A DNA stretch of 64,000 nt from NCBI GenBank assembly GCA_963703345.1, contig OY969814.1, forward strand, positions 320,001-384,000, read 5' to 3'. Both the position numbers and the translations under genes were made by a program. Shown here one piece after another: positions 50,769 through 60,636 of this stretch. This DNA is from an uncultured Chloroflexia bacterium. Lineage in GTDB: Bacteria > Chloroflexota > Dehalococcoidia > DSTF01 > JALHUB01. The notes below the pieces were generated by a model. That model ran no database searches, was not told the origin of the DNA, and saw only the letters and a list, made by a program, of their open reading frames with translations. Each line of letters opens with the position of its first letter. Positions within the stretch are counted from its first letter, which is position 1.

Positions 50769-51542
50769 ATGAAATCGTCTATACTCAGGACATCGCTGGT
50801 CTTCGTCGCGGCACCGGCTCTCATCTTGGTGGTCGCTTCGGGCTGTGGCGGAGGCAGCGGGAACAGCAACACCGGCCCCACGGTGCCGGCCGGCCCCACG
50901 CTGCCGTCGACGACCGCGGCCAAGTCGACGACTCCAGCGGGAGCAGGACAGGTGCTCATCACCGGTAATACTGCGACTCCGCCTTCAGGCGTGCTAACGC
51001 CAAGAACGGGTGATTTCGCGTCGCTCTGTCAGAAGAGCAGCGCCAAGCAGTTCACCGCGGCGGAAACGGTTATCGACCCCAGCAAGAAGTACACAGCGAC
51101 CCTGCGAACTGACAACGGTGATATCGTCATCGAGTTGGAGCCCAATCTGGCGCCGGTCACGGTCAATAGCTTTGTGTTCCTCTCCTGCAAGGGCTTCTAC
51201 GACGGGCTGACCTTCCACCGCGTCATAAGCGGCTTCATGGCCCAGGGCGGCGACCCAACCGGTCGCGGCAGCGGGGGTCCCGGCTACAACGTCCCGGACG
51301 AGTTCACCGCGTCCTCGTTCGACAGGGGCACAGTGGCAATGGCGAACACGGGCGCGCCCAACAGCGGCGGCAGCCAGTTCTTCATCTGCTTCGCGCCACA
51401 GCCGAGGCTGAGCGGGGGGTACACCGTCTTCGGCCAGGTCACCTCAGGCTTGGACGTGCTGGATAAGATCACGCCGCGTGATCCGGCGACGGCGACGACG
51501 CCCGGCGACAAGATCGTGAGTATCACCGTCCAGGAGCACTAG
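50769..51542 (+). CDS. Cyclophilin-type PPIase, probable lipoprotein
   Basis: ASGC lipobox, FYDG..FHRVI..FM.QGGDP, AMAN, SQFFI, YTVFG. Confidence 0.9.
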   Translation: MKSSILRTSLVFVAAPALILVVASGCGGGSGNSNTGPTVPAGPTLPSTTAAKSTTPAGAGQVLITGNTATPPSGVLTPRTGDFASLCQKSSAKQFTAAETVIDPSKKYTATLRTDNGDIVIELEPNLAPVTVNSFVFLSCKGFYDGLTFHRVISGFMAQGGDPTGRGSGGPGYNVPDEFTASSFDRGTVAMANTGAPNSGGSQFFICFAPQPRLSGGYTVFGQVTSGLDVLDKITPRDPATATTPGDKIVSITVQEH

Positions 51543-51567
51543 CGCTCAGGTGAGCGAGACGGTAGCA

Positions 51568-51671
51568 GGCGGCGCGACGAGCGGCTTCTACGTCCTTCAG
51601 TCGCTGACGCCGCAGACCCTCGCTTCTTCACGTCCAGCGACGAGATCCTGTCGATCACAGTTGTCGAAGGG
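51568..51671 (+). pseudogene. Degenerate remnant of a second cyclophilin 3' end
   Basis: With one frameshift it reads TSGFYVLQSLTP-DP...DEILSITVVE, versus TSGLDVLDKITPRDP...DKIVSITVQE in the upstream gene. Confidence 0.6.
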
Positions 51672-51705
51672 GCGTCAGCTACCGCTTTGGCGTTAGAATG
51701 GATTC

Positions 51706-54700
51706 ATGCCTCAGCAGGAGCTCGACCTGTCGGAGTACGACAGCCGTCTCGCCGCCCTGGCGCCGGGGCTCTCCGGCGACCTGCGCGAAGCCGCGCCCGC
51801 GGTAGCCGCGCGCCTCGGCAGCGAAGGCTTCCAGCGCTGGGCCGAGGAGGGCGTCGCACTTGCCGGCCAGTCGCTGCGCTCCTGGGAAGCGGCATCGGAG
51901 TACTTCCGCGCCAGCCCGCAGGTCGTGCGACTCCTCCCCCTCGACTGCGTCCTCCGCTGGGGCCACTTCGGCCGCGACATCGCCGATCAGTCTTCAATCG
52001 TTGCTGCCGCCTACTTTCGCGCCGGCCCGGAGTGCGTCGGCCTGCTCTCGTCGGAGGAGCTGAAGCAGTGGGCCGCCGCCGGCCAGCGACTCTACCAGGG
52101 CAACTGGAAGTCCATCTCCCTAGCCTCGCTCTTCTTCTCCGTCAGCCCGTCGCTTCTGCCACTTATCGGCGTCGCGGACCTCTGCCGCCTGGAGCTGCTC
52201 GCCGAGCGACTCGCCGAGCGCTCGTACGAGCTCGCCGGCAACTGCCTGGAGACCGGCCCCGCCGTCTTTGCCCGCCTCGAGGCCGACGTGCGCGGCCCCT
52301 TCCTCGATCTAGCCGAAGGCATCGCCGCCGCGAGTTGGGCCGAAGTCCGCTTCTACCTGGAGCAGGGCCCAGAGCTCCTCGCGCCCCTAGAGGCGTCGCA
52401 GCGAGAGCGCTTCCTGCGACTCTCCGGCCGCGTCGCCCGTCGCGTCGGCTCCCGCGCCTACTCCCTCTTCGCCGAAGCCGCTGCCGCGCTCGCCCAGGTC
52501 GACGCCGCGAGCCACCGCGACCTCATCTCGCTCGCCGAAGAGCTTGCCGTTGGCTCTCCCGCCGCGGCGATGGAGTTCCTGAAGAGCTCCCCGGAGGTTC
52601 TTTCTCGGATGTCCCTGCGCGACCTCGCCCGCTGGCATGCCGCCGGCCACCGCATCCTCAAGGAAAGCTCAGAGGGCGGCGAGGCCTTCTTCCGGCTGCA
52701 ATCGGGTAAGGGTGAACAGGTGCTGGAGCAACTTTCGCCTCGCGTCGAGCTTTCACGCGTCGCCGAGATCTTGCGCCTCTACTGCAAGGCGCTCACCGGC
52801 ACGAACGTCTCCATCCACCCGTCGAGCACGCTTACGGAGAAGGGCATCGGCTGGATCACCGCCGGACGCGCATCGACGGAAGGGACGGCGGTGTACCTGC
52901 CTGAAGTGGCGGAGGAGTTCGAGGACAAGCTGCGCAACTTCGCCGTCTACAAGGTCTACGCCACGCATCAGTCGGGCCACCTCGAGTTCGGCAGCTTCCT
53001 CTTCGCTTTCAAGCGCCGCGGTCGCGTCTTCACCTCGCGACGACGTCGCCTCAAGAGCCGGGCCGCCAAGACTGAAGCGCCGCTGACCGACATGGAGCGC
53101 TTCTTCGACCTCTTTGCCGATCGCCAGCTCATCTCCGACCTGTTCACCATATCTGAGGACGCGCGTGTCGACTTCCTGGTGAAGCGCGAGTACGGCGGCA
53201 TCCGACGCTCCTGGCGCCTCATTCAGGGGCGGGAGCTGGAGCGGCGCCCGCGCCTTCCCGGCCTACCTCTGCGTGAGGCCTTCCTGGAGAACCTCATTCG
53301 CGCCAGCCTCGACGGCCTCCACACCATCGTCTGGCCGCAGGAGGTCCGCGACACGCTAATCGATGCGCTCCGCCTGCTGCGCGCCGTCCAGCAGCCGCAG
53401 GCGACGGTCGAGGACGCCGCCGAAGCCGCCCTTCGCCTCTACGACCTCGCGACGCCTCTTCCAAACCTGTCGCCCGAAGACCTCGAAGCGCTGGACTGGC
53501 AGCCGCTCGACGAAGAGCTGTTCGCGATGATGCACCTCAAGCCGCAGAGCGGAGCCGCGTCGCAGGCGGGCAGCGAGTTGCCGCGCGGCTCGGAGCACGC
53601 TTACGAGAGCCCGCAGCCCGTCGACTTCCGCGGCGACTTCAAGCCGGAGCTCGTGCAGCTCCTGATGCGACTGCGACTGCAGGAGGGCGTGGAGGCGCCG
53701 GAAGGCCTGGCGCCGCTGACCGCCGAGCAGTTGCGCGAGCTCATGGAGAAGAGCGTGGAGATCACGATCGGCGCCATGTCCGAAGGCGACCTCTCCGCCG
53801 CCGTCGGCCTGTTCCTCACGAACCTGGAGAAGGAGGCGGGCGTTCCCATCCCCGACGAAACGGTCGAGCTGAAGGATGGGCAGCGCGTCACCGAGGTCGA
53901 GCACGACCAGAAGGACATCGCCGCGGAGACGCAGGCGTTCTGGTACGACGAGTGGGACTTCCGCGCCGCCGACTACAAGCCGCGCTGGTGTCGCGTCGTG
54001 CAGCGCCCGCTGGAGCAGGGCGACCAGGCTTTCTTCGAAGAGACGCTGCGTCGCTACAGCACGCTCGCCTCGCAGACCCGCAAGCAGTTCGAGCAGCTCC
54101 GGCCGGAGCTATTCCGCAAGATCAAGCGCCTCCACGACGGCGAGGACTTCGACCTCGACCTGGTCATTGAATACTTGACGGAGAAGCGCGCCGGCCACAA
54201 CTTCACCGACAAGGTCTACTGGCGCCGCAACAAGGTGGAGCGGCAGGTGGCCGTCGCCTTCCTCCTCGACATGAGCGCTTCGACGGACGAGGAGATCGAG
54301 AAGCGAAAGCAGAAGTACGCGGAAGACGACGAAAGGCCTGACTTCGGCCACGACGCCCGCCGCTACTACGAGTGGCTCAGCCAGCGCAAGGCGGAAGCGG
54401 CGCTAAGACCGCCCAAGCGCATCATCGACCTGGAGAAGGAGAGCATGGTGCTGCTCATCGGCGCCCTGGAAGCCATCGGCGACGACTACGGCATCTACGG
54501 CTTCTCCGGCTACGGGCGTGACAACGTGGAGTTCTACGTGCTCAAGGACCTGGACGAGCCGCTATCCGACGAGGTGAAGGCGCGCATCGACAAGACGGAG
54601 CCGATCCGCTCGACGCGGATGGGGCCGGCGATCCGTCACGCCACGGCCAAGCTGGAAGCGCACGACGCCAAGGTGCGCATCCTCTTCCTCGTGTCCGACG

Positions 54701-54942
54701 GCCGGCCGCAGGACCACGGTTACGGTCGCGACCGCACGGAGCGCGAGTACGCCATCAACGACACGCACGAGGCGTTAATGGAGGCGAAGCGGAAGGGAAT
54801 AGTGCCGTTCTGCCTGACGGTCGACCGCGAGGGTCACGAGTACCTGGGGCAGATGTGCGAAGACATCGGCTACGAGATACTGGGCGACATTGAGTCGCTG
54901 CCCAGTCGCCTGCCGACGCTTTACCGCCGCCTCACGGAGTAG
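51706..54942 (+). CDS. Large NorD/CbbO-like VWA domain protein
   Basis: EDAR, YDEWD...DY, MIDAS DMSAST, TRMG.AIRHA, SDGRP.D, FC.TVD; long helical N-terminus. Confidence 0.88.
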   Translation: MPQQELDLSEYDSRLAALAPGLSGDLREAAPAVAARLGSEGFQRWAEEGVALAGQSLRSWEAASEYFRASPQVVRLLPLDCVLRWGHFGRDIADQSSIVAAAYFRAGPECVGLLSSEELKQWAAAGQRLYQGNWKSISLASLFFSVSPSLLPLIGVADLCRLELLAERLAERSYELAGNCLETGPAVFARLEADVRGPFLDLAEGIAAASWAEVRFYLEQGPELLAPLEASQRERFLRLSGRVARRVGSRAYSLFAEAAAALAQVDAASHRDLISLAEELAVGSPAAAMEFLKSSPEVLSRMSLRDLARWHAAGHRILKESSEGGEAFFRLQSGKGEQVLEQLSPRVELSRVAEILRLYCKALTGTNVSIHPSSTLTEKGIGWITAGRASTEGTAVYLPEVAEEFEDKLRNFAVYKVYATHQSGHLEFGSFLFAFKRRGRVFTSRRRRLKSRAAKTEAPLTDMERFFDLFADRQLISDLFTISEDARVDFLVKREYGGIRRSWRLIQGRELERRPRLPGLPLREAFLENLIRASLDGLHTIVWPQEVRDTLIDALRLLRAVQQPQATVEDAAEAALRLYDLATPLPNLSPEDLEALDWQPLDEELFAMMHLKPQSGAASQAGSELPRGSEHAYESPQPVDFRGDFKPELVQLLMRLRLQEGVEAPEGLAPLTAEQLRELMEKSVEITIGAMSEGDLSAAVGLFLTNLEKEAGVPIPDETVELKDGQRVTEVEHDQKDIAAETQAFWYDEWDFRAADYKPRWCRVVQRPLEQGDQAFFEETLRRYSTLASQTRKQFEQLRPELFRKIKRLHDGEDFDLDLVIEYLTEKRAGHNFTDKVYWRRNKVERQVAVAFLLDMSASTDEEIEKRKQKYAEDDERPDFGHDARRYYEWLSQRKAEAALRPPKRIIDLEKESMVLLIGALEAIGDDYGIYGFSGYGRDNVEFYVLKDLDEPLSDEVKARIDKTEPIRSTRMGPAIRHATAKLEAHDAKVRILFLVSDGRPQDHGYGRDRTEREYAINDTHEALMEAKRKGIVPFCLTVDREGHEYLGQMCEDIGYEILGDIESLPSRLPTLYRRLTE

Positions 54943-55940
54943 CGCCTCGCGTACCAGCCGCCGCCCCCGACAACAACAACCGCCGCCGCCGCGACTGCCG
55001 CGAACCCCTCGTGCGACGCTGACGAGCCGCCCGATTCGAGCGGCGACGCGGCTGCCTCCGGGGCTTCCGCAATGCCGCCCACCGCGAACTGAGGCGCCAC
55101 CTGGCGATAGAGGAGGCCGCTCATCCAGACGATGATCTGCTCCGTATAGCCGCTCCAGACATCGTGGCCCGCTCCATCCAGCGGATGGAACTCGACGGGC
55201 ACTCCCACTTCCTGTGCCCTCGCCACGATATCCAGCGCGTTGCTATAGGCTACGCGCTCGTCCGCGGTGCCGTGCACGACCAGTGCCGGCGGCTCGCCCG
55301 CATCGATCAGGGTTGTGTCCATGCCGCCCGAAATGTTGACGACGGCGGAGACGTTTGAGGGATACCCGGGGTTGCCGCTTTCACCGGGGTCACCCGAGTT
55401 GTAAGCGACCTGCAACGCCGTAATCGCGCCGGCAGAATAGCCGCCAACTGCGATGTCCTCGGCATCGATACGGTACGCCCCGGCGTTCGCCCGCAGCCAG
55501 CGGATGGCGGCCTGTGCGTCGTGCTGCGCGTCCAGCACCGCCGCCGTCAACTCAGGGTCGCCCTGCACGAAGTAGTGGCCCGGCCGCAGGCGATAGTTGA
55601 TGGACGCAGTGACGTAGCCGCGCTTGGCGAAACGGGTGGCAACCATCGCGTCCAGGGAGTCCGCCTTGTCGCCGCCCGAGAAGCCCCCGCCGTGGACCCA
55701 GACGAAGGCGGGTCGCGACGACGCCGTGTCGCCGGACGGCTGGTAGACGTCGAGGGTCAGCGTCACGGGATTGCCGTTCTCGTCAGGCGCCTGTCCGTAG
55801 GCGATGTTCGACGCGGTCGTGACTGTGGAGAAGATCTCGTCGCGATAACGCACGCCATCGGCGACGGCGACCGCCTGCGTCGCGAACGCGACGAGGAGGA
55901 TGACGAGGGACAGGACGAGGGTCTTGGCGCGAAACGTCAT
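54921..55940 (-). CDS. Secreted alpha/beta hydrolase (esterase) with C-terminal anchor
   Basis: Signal peptide, HGGGF, GYSAG, HGTAD, GAGH; C-terminal hydrophobic helix plus basic tail. Confidence 0.88.
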   Translation of the reverse strand: MTFRAKTLVLSLVILLVAFATQAVAVADGVRYRDEIFSTVTTASNIAYGQAPDENGNPVTLTLDVYQPSGDTASSRPAFVWVHGGGFSGGDKADSLDAMVATRFAKRGYVTASINYRLRPGHYFVQGDPELTAAVLDAQHDAQAAIRWLRANAGAYRIDAEDIAVGGYSAGAITALQVAYNSGDPGESGNPGYPSNVSAVVNISGGMDTTLIDAGEPPALVVHGTADERVAYSNALDIVARAQEVGVPVEFHPLDGAGHDVWSGYTEQIIVWMSGLLYRQVAPQFAVGGIAEAPEAAASPLESGGSSASHEGFAAVAAAAVVVVGGGGWYARRYSVRRR

Positions 55941-55982
55941 GGCGTCTCCAGAGGGCGGGACGCCTCTATTGTAATGCCGCCG

Positions 55983-57221
55983 TCAACCGCCCACCCTCAG
56001 CAGGACGCGGCGGAGGAGGGAGAGGGCCGTCGTGACGGCGCGGCGCTTCACCATCTGCCGGCTCTGCGCGAACTGATAGCTCACCACCCGCGCCTCGCTT
56101 GACCCATCGTCCAGCGCGATGTGGACGGTCCCTACCGGCTTGCCTTCCTGCTCGTCCGGCCCGGCCACGCCCGTGACCCCGATTCCCACGTCCGCGGACA
56201 GCCGTTCTCTGGCCACGCGCGCCATCTCGCGAGCGCACTCCGCGCTGATGACGCCGTGCTTCTCGAAGACCTCGCGGCTGACGCCCCAGGCCAGCTTTAT
56301 CTCGGTCGCGTACGGCACCAGGCCGCCCTTGAAGTAGTCGGAGCTGCCCGGCACGTCCGTTATCGTGCTCGCCAGCAGCCCGCCGGTGCACGACTCCATC
56401 GTCGCCAGCGTGAGGCGGCGCTCCCGCAGCAGCCGGCCGACGACGGCCTCCAGCGTGTCGTCATCGGCGCCCCAGACGGCGTCGCCGAGCAGACGGCGCG
56501 CCTCCGCCTCCACCGGCGCGATGAGCGCCTCCGCCGCCTGCCGGTCCGACGCCTTGGCGGCAATGCGCACCTGGATGCCGTCGGCCCGCGAGTAGACGCT
56601 GACGGTGGGGTTCGCAGTGTGCTTCAGCTCGCCCAGCAGCTCGTCGACCAGCCCCTCGGTCAGGTCCGACGTCTTCAGCGTTCGCGAAACGAGCGCGATG
56701 CCGCCGCCACGACGCCGCAGCTCCGGCTCGACTTCCGTCTCCCACATGCGGCGCATCTCGCCGGGCGGACCGGGCAGCGCGATGAGAACGCGCCCTTCGC
56801 GCTCGACCCACCAGCCGGGCGCCGTGCCGTAGGCGTTCCGGATCGCCCTCGCCGACGGGATGAGCGTCGCCTGCTTGACGTTGCGTTCGGGCATCGGCCG
56901 GCCGCGGCGGGCGAAGAAGGCGCGCAGCTCCGCCTCCAGCGCCGGCTCGACGCGCACCTCCTCACCCAGCATGGCGGCGATAGCCTCGCGGGTGAGGTCG
57001 TCCTCGGTCGGGCCGAGGCCGCCGGTGGTGACGATGAGGTCGCTGCGCTGCCAGGCGCGCTCCAGCGCCTCGCGGGCGCGGTCGAGATTGTCGCCGACCT
57101 GCGTCACCCAGAAGAGGTCGATTCCCAGCGCCGGCAGACGCGAAGCGATGAACTGCGAGTCGGTGTCGACGATCTCACCCAGGAGGATTTCCGTGCCGAC
57201 GGCGATTATCTCCGCCTTCAT
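55983..57221 (-). CDS. cinA: Competence/damage-inducible protein A (PncC domain)
   Basis: VGTEILLG, GGLGPT.DD.T, GTAPG, PGPP.E, ESCTGG, TGVAGP. Confidence 0.95.
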   Translation of the reverse strand: MKAEIIAVGTEILLGEIVDTDSQFIASRLPALGIDLFWVTQVGDNLDRAREALERAWQRSDLIVTTGGLGPTEDDLTREAIAAMLGEEVRVEPALEAELRAFFARRGRPMPERNVKQATLIPSARAIRNAYGTAPGWWVEREGRVLIALPGPPGEMRRMWETEVEPELRRRGGGIALVSRTLKTSDLTEGLVDELLGELKHTANPTVSVYSRADGIQVRIAAKASDRQAAEALIAPVEAEARRLLGDAVWGADDDTLEAVVGRLLRERRLTLATMESCTGGLLASTITDVPGSSDYFKGGLVPYATEIKLAWGVSREVFEKHGVISAECAREMARVARERLSADVGIGVTGVAGPDEQEGKPVGTVHIALDDGSSEARVVSYQFAQSRQMVKRRAVTTALSLLRRVLLRVGG

Positions 57222-57988
57222 GTCTTTCTTTTGGTCCCGGCGACGAGCGACAGCCAGCCCGACGCATCGCGACGCAGCCGCGGGACGACGTCGTAGCGAT
57301 CGACCTGCGCGCAGAACTCGAGGTCGCGCTCCAGACCGATCCCGACGAGCGAGCGACCGTGCTCCGCCTCCCGAAAGCAGGCGAGGGCGTCGCCCCGGTA
57401 CGACTGGTAGAGGCGGCAGGCTGCCAGCGCCGCGTCGCTAAGAGTGGGGGATGCGCCGTCGCGTCGCGCCTCCTCGACGGCGACCTCGACGAGCGCGCCG
57501 GCGACGAAGGCGTCCTCCAGGCTGAAGGCGATGCCGCGCTCAAGGCCCGCGCACACCAGCGCGGCATCGAGCTCCCGCGACCGAGTTTCGGCGAGAAGCG
57601 TCTCGACGGCGGCGGTAGCGTTGAGCAGCGCTCCGACCAGGACAACCGGCGACGCGGCGAGCGCATGTAGCGCCCTCGTACCGTTGGTCGTCGCAAGGAC
57701 GACGCGACGTCCGCGCATGTCCAGATCCGCGAACTCGCTGGGAGAGTTGCCGTAGTCGAAGCCGCGCGGCGCTAGGCCGAAGCGTTCGCCGCAGAGGAGA
57801 TAGCGACCGGGCTCGCTCGCCGCCACACGTCTCGCCGCCGCGATGCTGCCGGCGACCACCTCCTCCTCGGCGCCCTGGGCGAACAGCGTCACAATCGACG
57901 AGCTTGCGCGCAGGGCGTCGATGAGCAGGCAGGCGCTCGATTCCGGCTTGCGCAGCGCGCCCGGCAGGAGGGCGACATCCAGTCTCAC
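57218..57988 (-). CDS. 2-phosphosulfolactate phosphatase (ComB) family
   Basis: IDALRASS, GER, GNSP, TTNGT, CAG, EDA..AG. Confidence 0.88.
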   Translation of the reverse strand: MRLDVALLPGALRKPESSACLLIDALRASSSIVTLFAQGAEEEVVAGSIAAARRVAASEPGRYLLCGERFGLAPRGFDYGNSPSEFADLDMRGRRVVLATTNGTRALHALAASPVVLVGALLNATAAVETLLAETRSRELDAALVCAGLERGIAFSLEDAFVAGALVEVAVEEARRDGASPTLSDAALAACRLYQSYRGDALACFREAEHGRSLVGIGLERDLEFCAQVDRYDVVPRLRRDASGWLSLVAGTKRKT

Positions 57989-58200
57989 CCCTCACGTTTA
58001 CGGCAGGCGCCGTGGCGCTGTCAAGCCGTCAAATGCGTTGATGCGACGCAGGTGCGCCGTTCTCGGGCCGCTCGGCAACCCCGACGGGCAGGCCGAGCGG
58101 CCTCCCCCGCGTGGCGGGGAACATCGTCTCGCCTTGACTTGGCCTATCGGCGGCGATACCATCGACTTGGCCCTGGTGGACTCTCTCGCCGAGGTGGACC

Positions 58201-59025
58201 TTGCGCTTTTCCCAGAAGCTTGAGCAGGCTGCCCGCAGGAACGGCAGCCTTCTTTGCGTCGGGCTCGACCCCGATCCCGCGTTCATGCCGATCGACCACG
58301 TCGCCGACTTCAATCGCGCCATCATCGACGCCACCGCCGCCTTCGTTTGCGCCTACAAGCCGAACCTTGCCTTCTATGAGGCGCTGGGCGAGACGGGCTA
58401 TGGCGTCCTGCGCGAGACCCTCGCGGCCATTCCGCGCGATATTCCCGTCATCGGCGACGGCAAGCGCGGCGACATCGGCAATACGGCGAAGGCCTATGCC
58501 CGCGCGCTCTTCGACGACCTCGGCTTGGACGCCGTCACCGTCAACCCGTATCTCGGCGGCGACGCCCTGGAGCCGTTTCTGGAGCGCGACGAGAAGGGCG
58601 TCTTCATCCTCTGTCGCACCTCGAATCCAGGGGCCCGTGATCTCCAGGACCTGCGCGTGGCGACGGATTCCGGGACGCAGCCGCTGTTCGAAGTCGTCGC
58701 TGAGAGCGCGCGGCGGTGGAACAGTCGCGGCAACGTCGGCCTGGTCGCCGGCGCGACCTTTCCTGACGAGTTGCGGCGCATCCGCTCGCTCTGTCCGGAG
58801 ATGACGTTGCTGGTGCCCGGCGTCGGCGCGCAGGGCGGCGACATCGCTGCTGTACTCGAGAACGGCCTGGACGCAAGCGGCGGCGGGCTCATCATCAACG
58901 TCTCGCGGCAGGTCCTTTACGCGTCCCGTGAAGGTTTCGCGCAGGCGGCGGCGGAAGCGGCACGACGGCTCCGCGACGAGATCGAGCGTGAGCGACAGCG
59001 AGTCTTGGGGCGAAAGGCGGGCTGA
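58201..59025 (+). CDS. pyrF: Orotidine-5'-phosphate decarboxylase
   Basis: LCVGLDP, YKPN.AFY, DGKRGDIGNT, RTSNP, PGVGAQGG. Confidence 0.95.
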   Translation: MRFSQKLEQAARRNGSLLCVGLDPDPAFMPIDHVADFNRAIIDATAAFVCAYKPNLAFYEALGETGYGVLRETLAAIPRDIPVIGDGKRGDIGNTAKAYARALFDDLGLDAVTVNPYLGGDALEPFLERDEKGVFILCRTSNPGARDLQDLRVATDSGTQPLFEVVAESARRWNSRGNVGLVAGATFPDELRRIRSLCPEMTLLVPGVGAQGGDIAAVLENGLDASGGGLIINVSRQVLYASREGFAQAAAEAARRLRDEIERERQRVLGRKAG

Positions 59026-59026
59026 G

Positions 59027-59272
59027 ATGCCTCTCGAGCTACGCATGGACGACGTGGTGCGGCTGCGCAAGGTGCACCCCTGCGGCAGCTACGAGTGGCG
59101 CGTCGTGCGGCTGGGCGCGGATATCGGCCTGCGCTGTTTGAAGTGCAATCGGCGCGTGCTGATCGAGCGGCGACAGCTCGAGAAGCGCCTCAAATCAATC
59201 GTGTCGCGCGGCGAGCCGATGGATCCGGCCATGGAACGATTGCTCTTCAGGGAGGAGGAAGAGGAGACTTAG
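59027..59272 (+). CDS. DUF951 family protein
   Basis: D.V.L.K.HPCG..EW...R.GADI..RC..C. Confidence 0.9.
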   Translation: MPLELRMDDVVRLRKVHPCGSYEWRVVRLGADIGLRCLKCNRRVLIERRQLEKRLKSIVSRGEPMDPAMERLLFREEEEET

Positions 59273-59289
59273 TTCTTCTCCTGCTCCAT

Positions 59290-60636
59290 ATGACGGAGGC
59301 CCGGCCCCCGCGTTTCGACTTGTGGACGCTCCTCGGCGGAAGGACCCTTCTTGATGAGCACCGCTTCCGACGCCTGTTGGAGCAGCACGTCCTGGGCCAG
59401 ATGGGGCAATATGCCATCAACTACGCGTTGCTCATCCTGGTCGTCGGGAACAGCGGCTCCAGCATTCGCGCCGGGCTGTTCATAATCGCCTACACCTTGC
59501 CCGCAGCGGGTTTGGGGCCGATATCGGGCGTCATCGTTGATCGGCTGTCGCGCGGCTTTGTCCTGTCGGCGACGAATGTGGCGCGGATGCTTCTCTGCAT
59601 AGGTCTGGTCGTCTCTATGAAGGGCGTCGGCGTGCTGTATCTGTTCGCCCTGGCGTTTTCGGCGCTGTCGCAATTCAATAGCCCGGCCATCTCCGCCGCG
59701 CTGCCTCACGTCGTTCGACAGGAAGAGCTAACGACCGCCAACTCCCTCATCAACCTCGGCGGACTGCTTGCGGAGGCGATAGGGATCGTTGGACTGGCCG
59801 CGTTGATGCTGAAGACCGTCGGCGCCGATCCGTTGTTCGTGGTGCTCGCCTGTCTGTTCGCCGCCGCGGCGTTCCTTGGCGCGACGATCCGCGGTCTGAC
59901 GGAACGGGCTACGGGAAAGCAGTTGCAGCGGGCCGTGCGGTCGGGCGTCCGGACGCAGTTCGCGCGGGCCTGGCAAACGCTCCGACTTGATGCGCCATCG
60001 TATCTGGCGCTGATCATCAATGTCGTGGGCGCGGCGACGTTGTTGGTGGGCGTGGCGGTGCTGCCGCGGTACGCGAAGGAGGAGCTTGGCGTCGCGCCCG
60101 ACAACATCGTTTTCATCTTTGCTCCCGGCGCCATCGGCATCTTTCTCGGGTTGCGGTTAGTGAATGCGTTTTCCCGCTTCATCGGCAAGACATGGGCGAT
60201 GGCCCTGGGGTTCGGGGTCTTCGTCCTGTCGCTTCTGGCGTTGGGCCTTGTCGCCAACGAGGCGGATGCCCTCCAGCATTGGAATCCGGTGGGCATCGCC
60301 CATCCCGGGCCTGTCAACGGCACCGGCGCGCGCATCGCCGTAACGATGATCGCCGCGATCCTCGCCGGATTTGGCAGCTCGCTCCTCAACGTTGCCAGTC
60401 GCGCTATCATAAACGAACGTATACCCTTGGAGATGCAGGGGCGCGTATTTGCGGCGCAGAACGTGCTGATCAACGTAGCGTCGGTGGCGCCGTTGCTGGT
60501 GGCAGGCGCCCTGGCCGAGCTCATTGGCGTGCGGCCGGTGTTGGTGGGCACCGCAATCGCCATTACCCTGCTGGTGGGTTGGGCAGTGATGCGAGCCCAC
60601 TCCGTCCCCGCCGCGACGGAGGCTTCCAATGCCTGA
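59290..60636 (+). CDS. MFS transporter
   Basis: G.IVDR, PA..A.LP..V, ANSL, QGRVF; many transmembrane segments. Confidence 0.85.
   Translation: MTEARPPRFDLWTLLGGRTLLDEHRFRRLLEQHVLGQMGQYAINYALLILVVGNSGSSIRAGLFIIAYTLPAAGLGPISGVIVDRLSRGFVLSATNVARMLLCIGLVVSMKGVGVLYLFALAFSALSQFNSPAISAALPHVVRQEELTTANSLINLGGLLAEAIGIVGLAALMLKTVGADPLFVVLACLFAAAAFLGATIRGLTERATGKQLQRAVRSGVRTQFARAWQTLRLDAPSYLALIINVVGAATLLVGVAVLPRYAKEELGVAPDNIVFIFAPGAIGIFLGLRLVNAFSRFIGKTWAMALGFGVFVLSLLALGLVANEADALQHWNPVGIAHPGPVNGTGARIAVTMIAAILAGFGSSLLNVASRAIINERIPLEMQGRVFAAQNVLINVASVAPLLVAGALAELIGVRPVLVGTAIAITLLVGWAVMRAHSVPAATEASNA

Noticed and set aside
57218-57988. ComB and F420 genes as evidence of coenzyme M synthesis or methanogenesis
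   Set aside because: ComB-like phosphatases and cofE/npdG are common in bacteria, and no other com or mcr genes are present.
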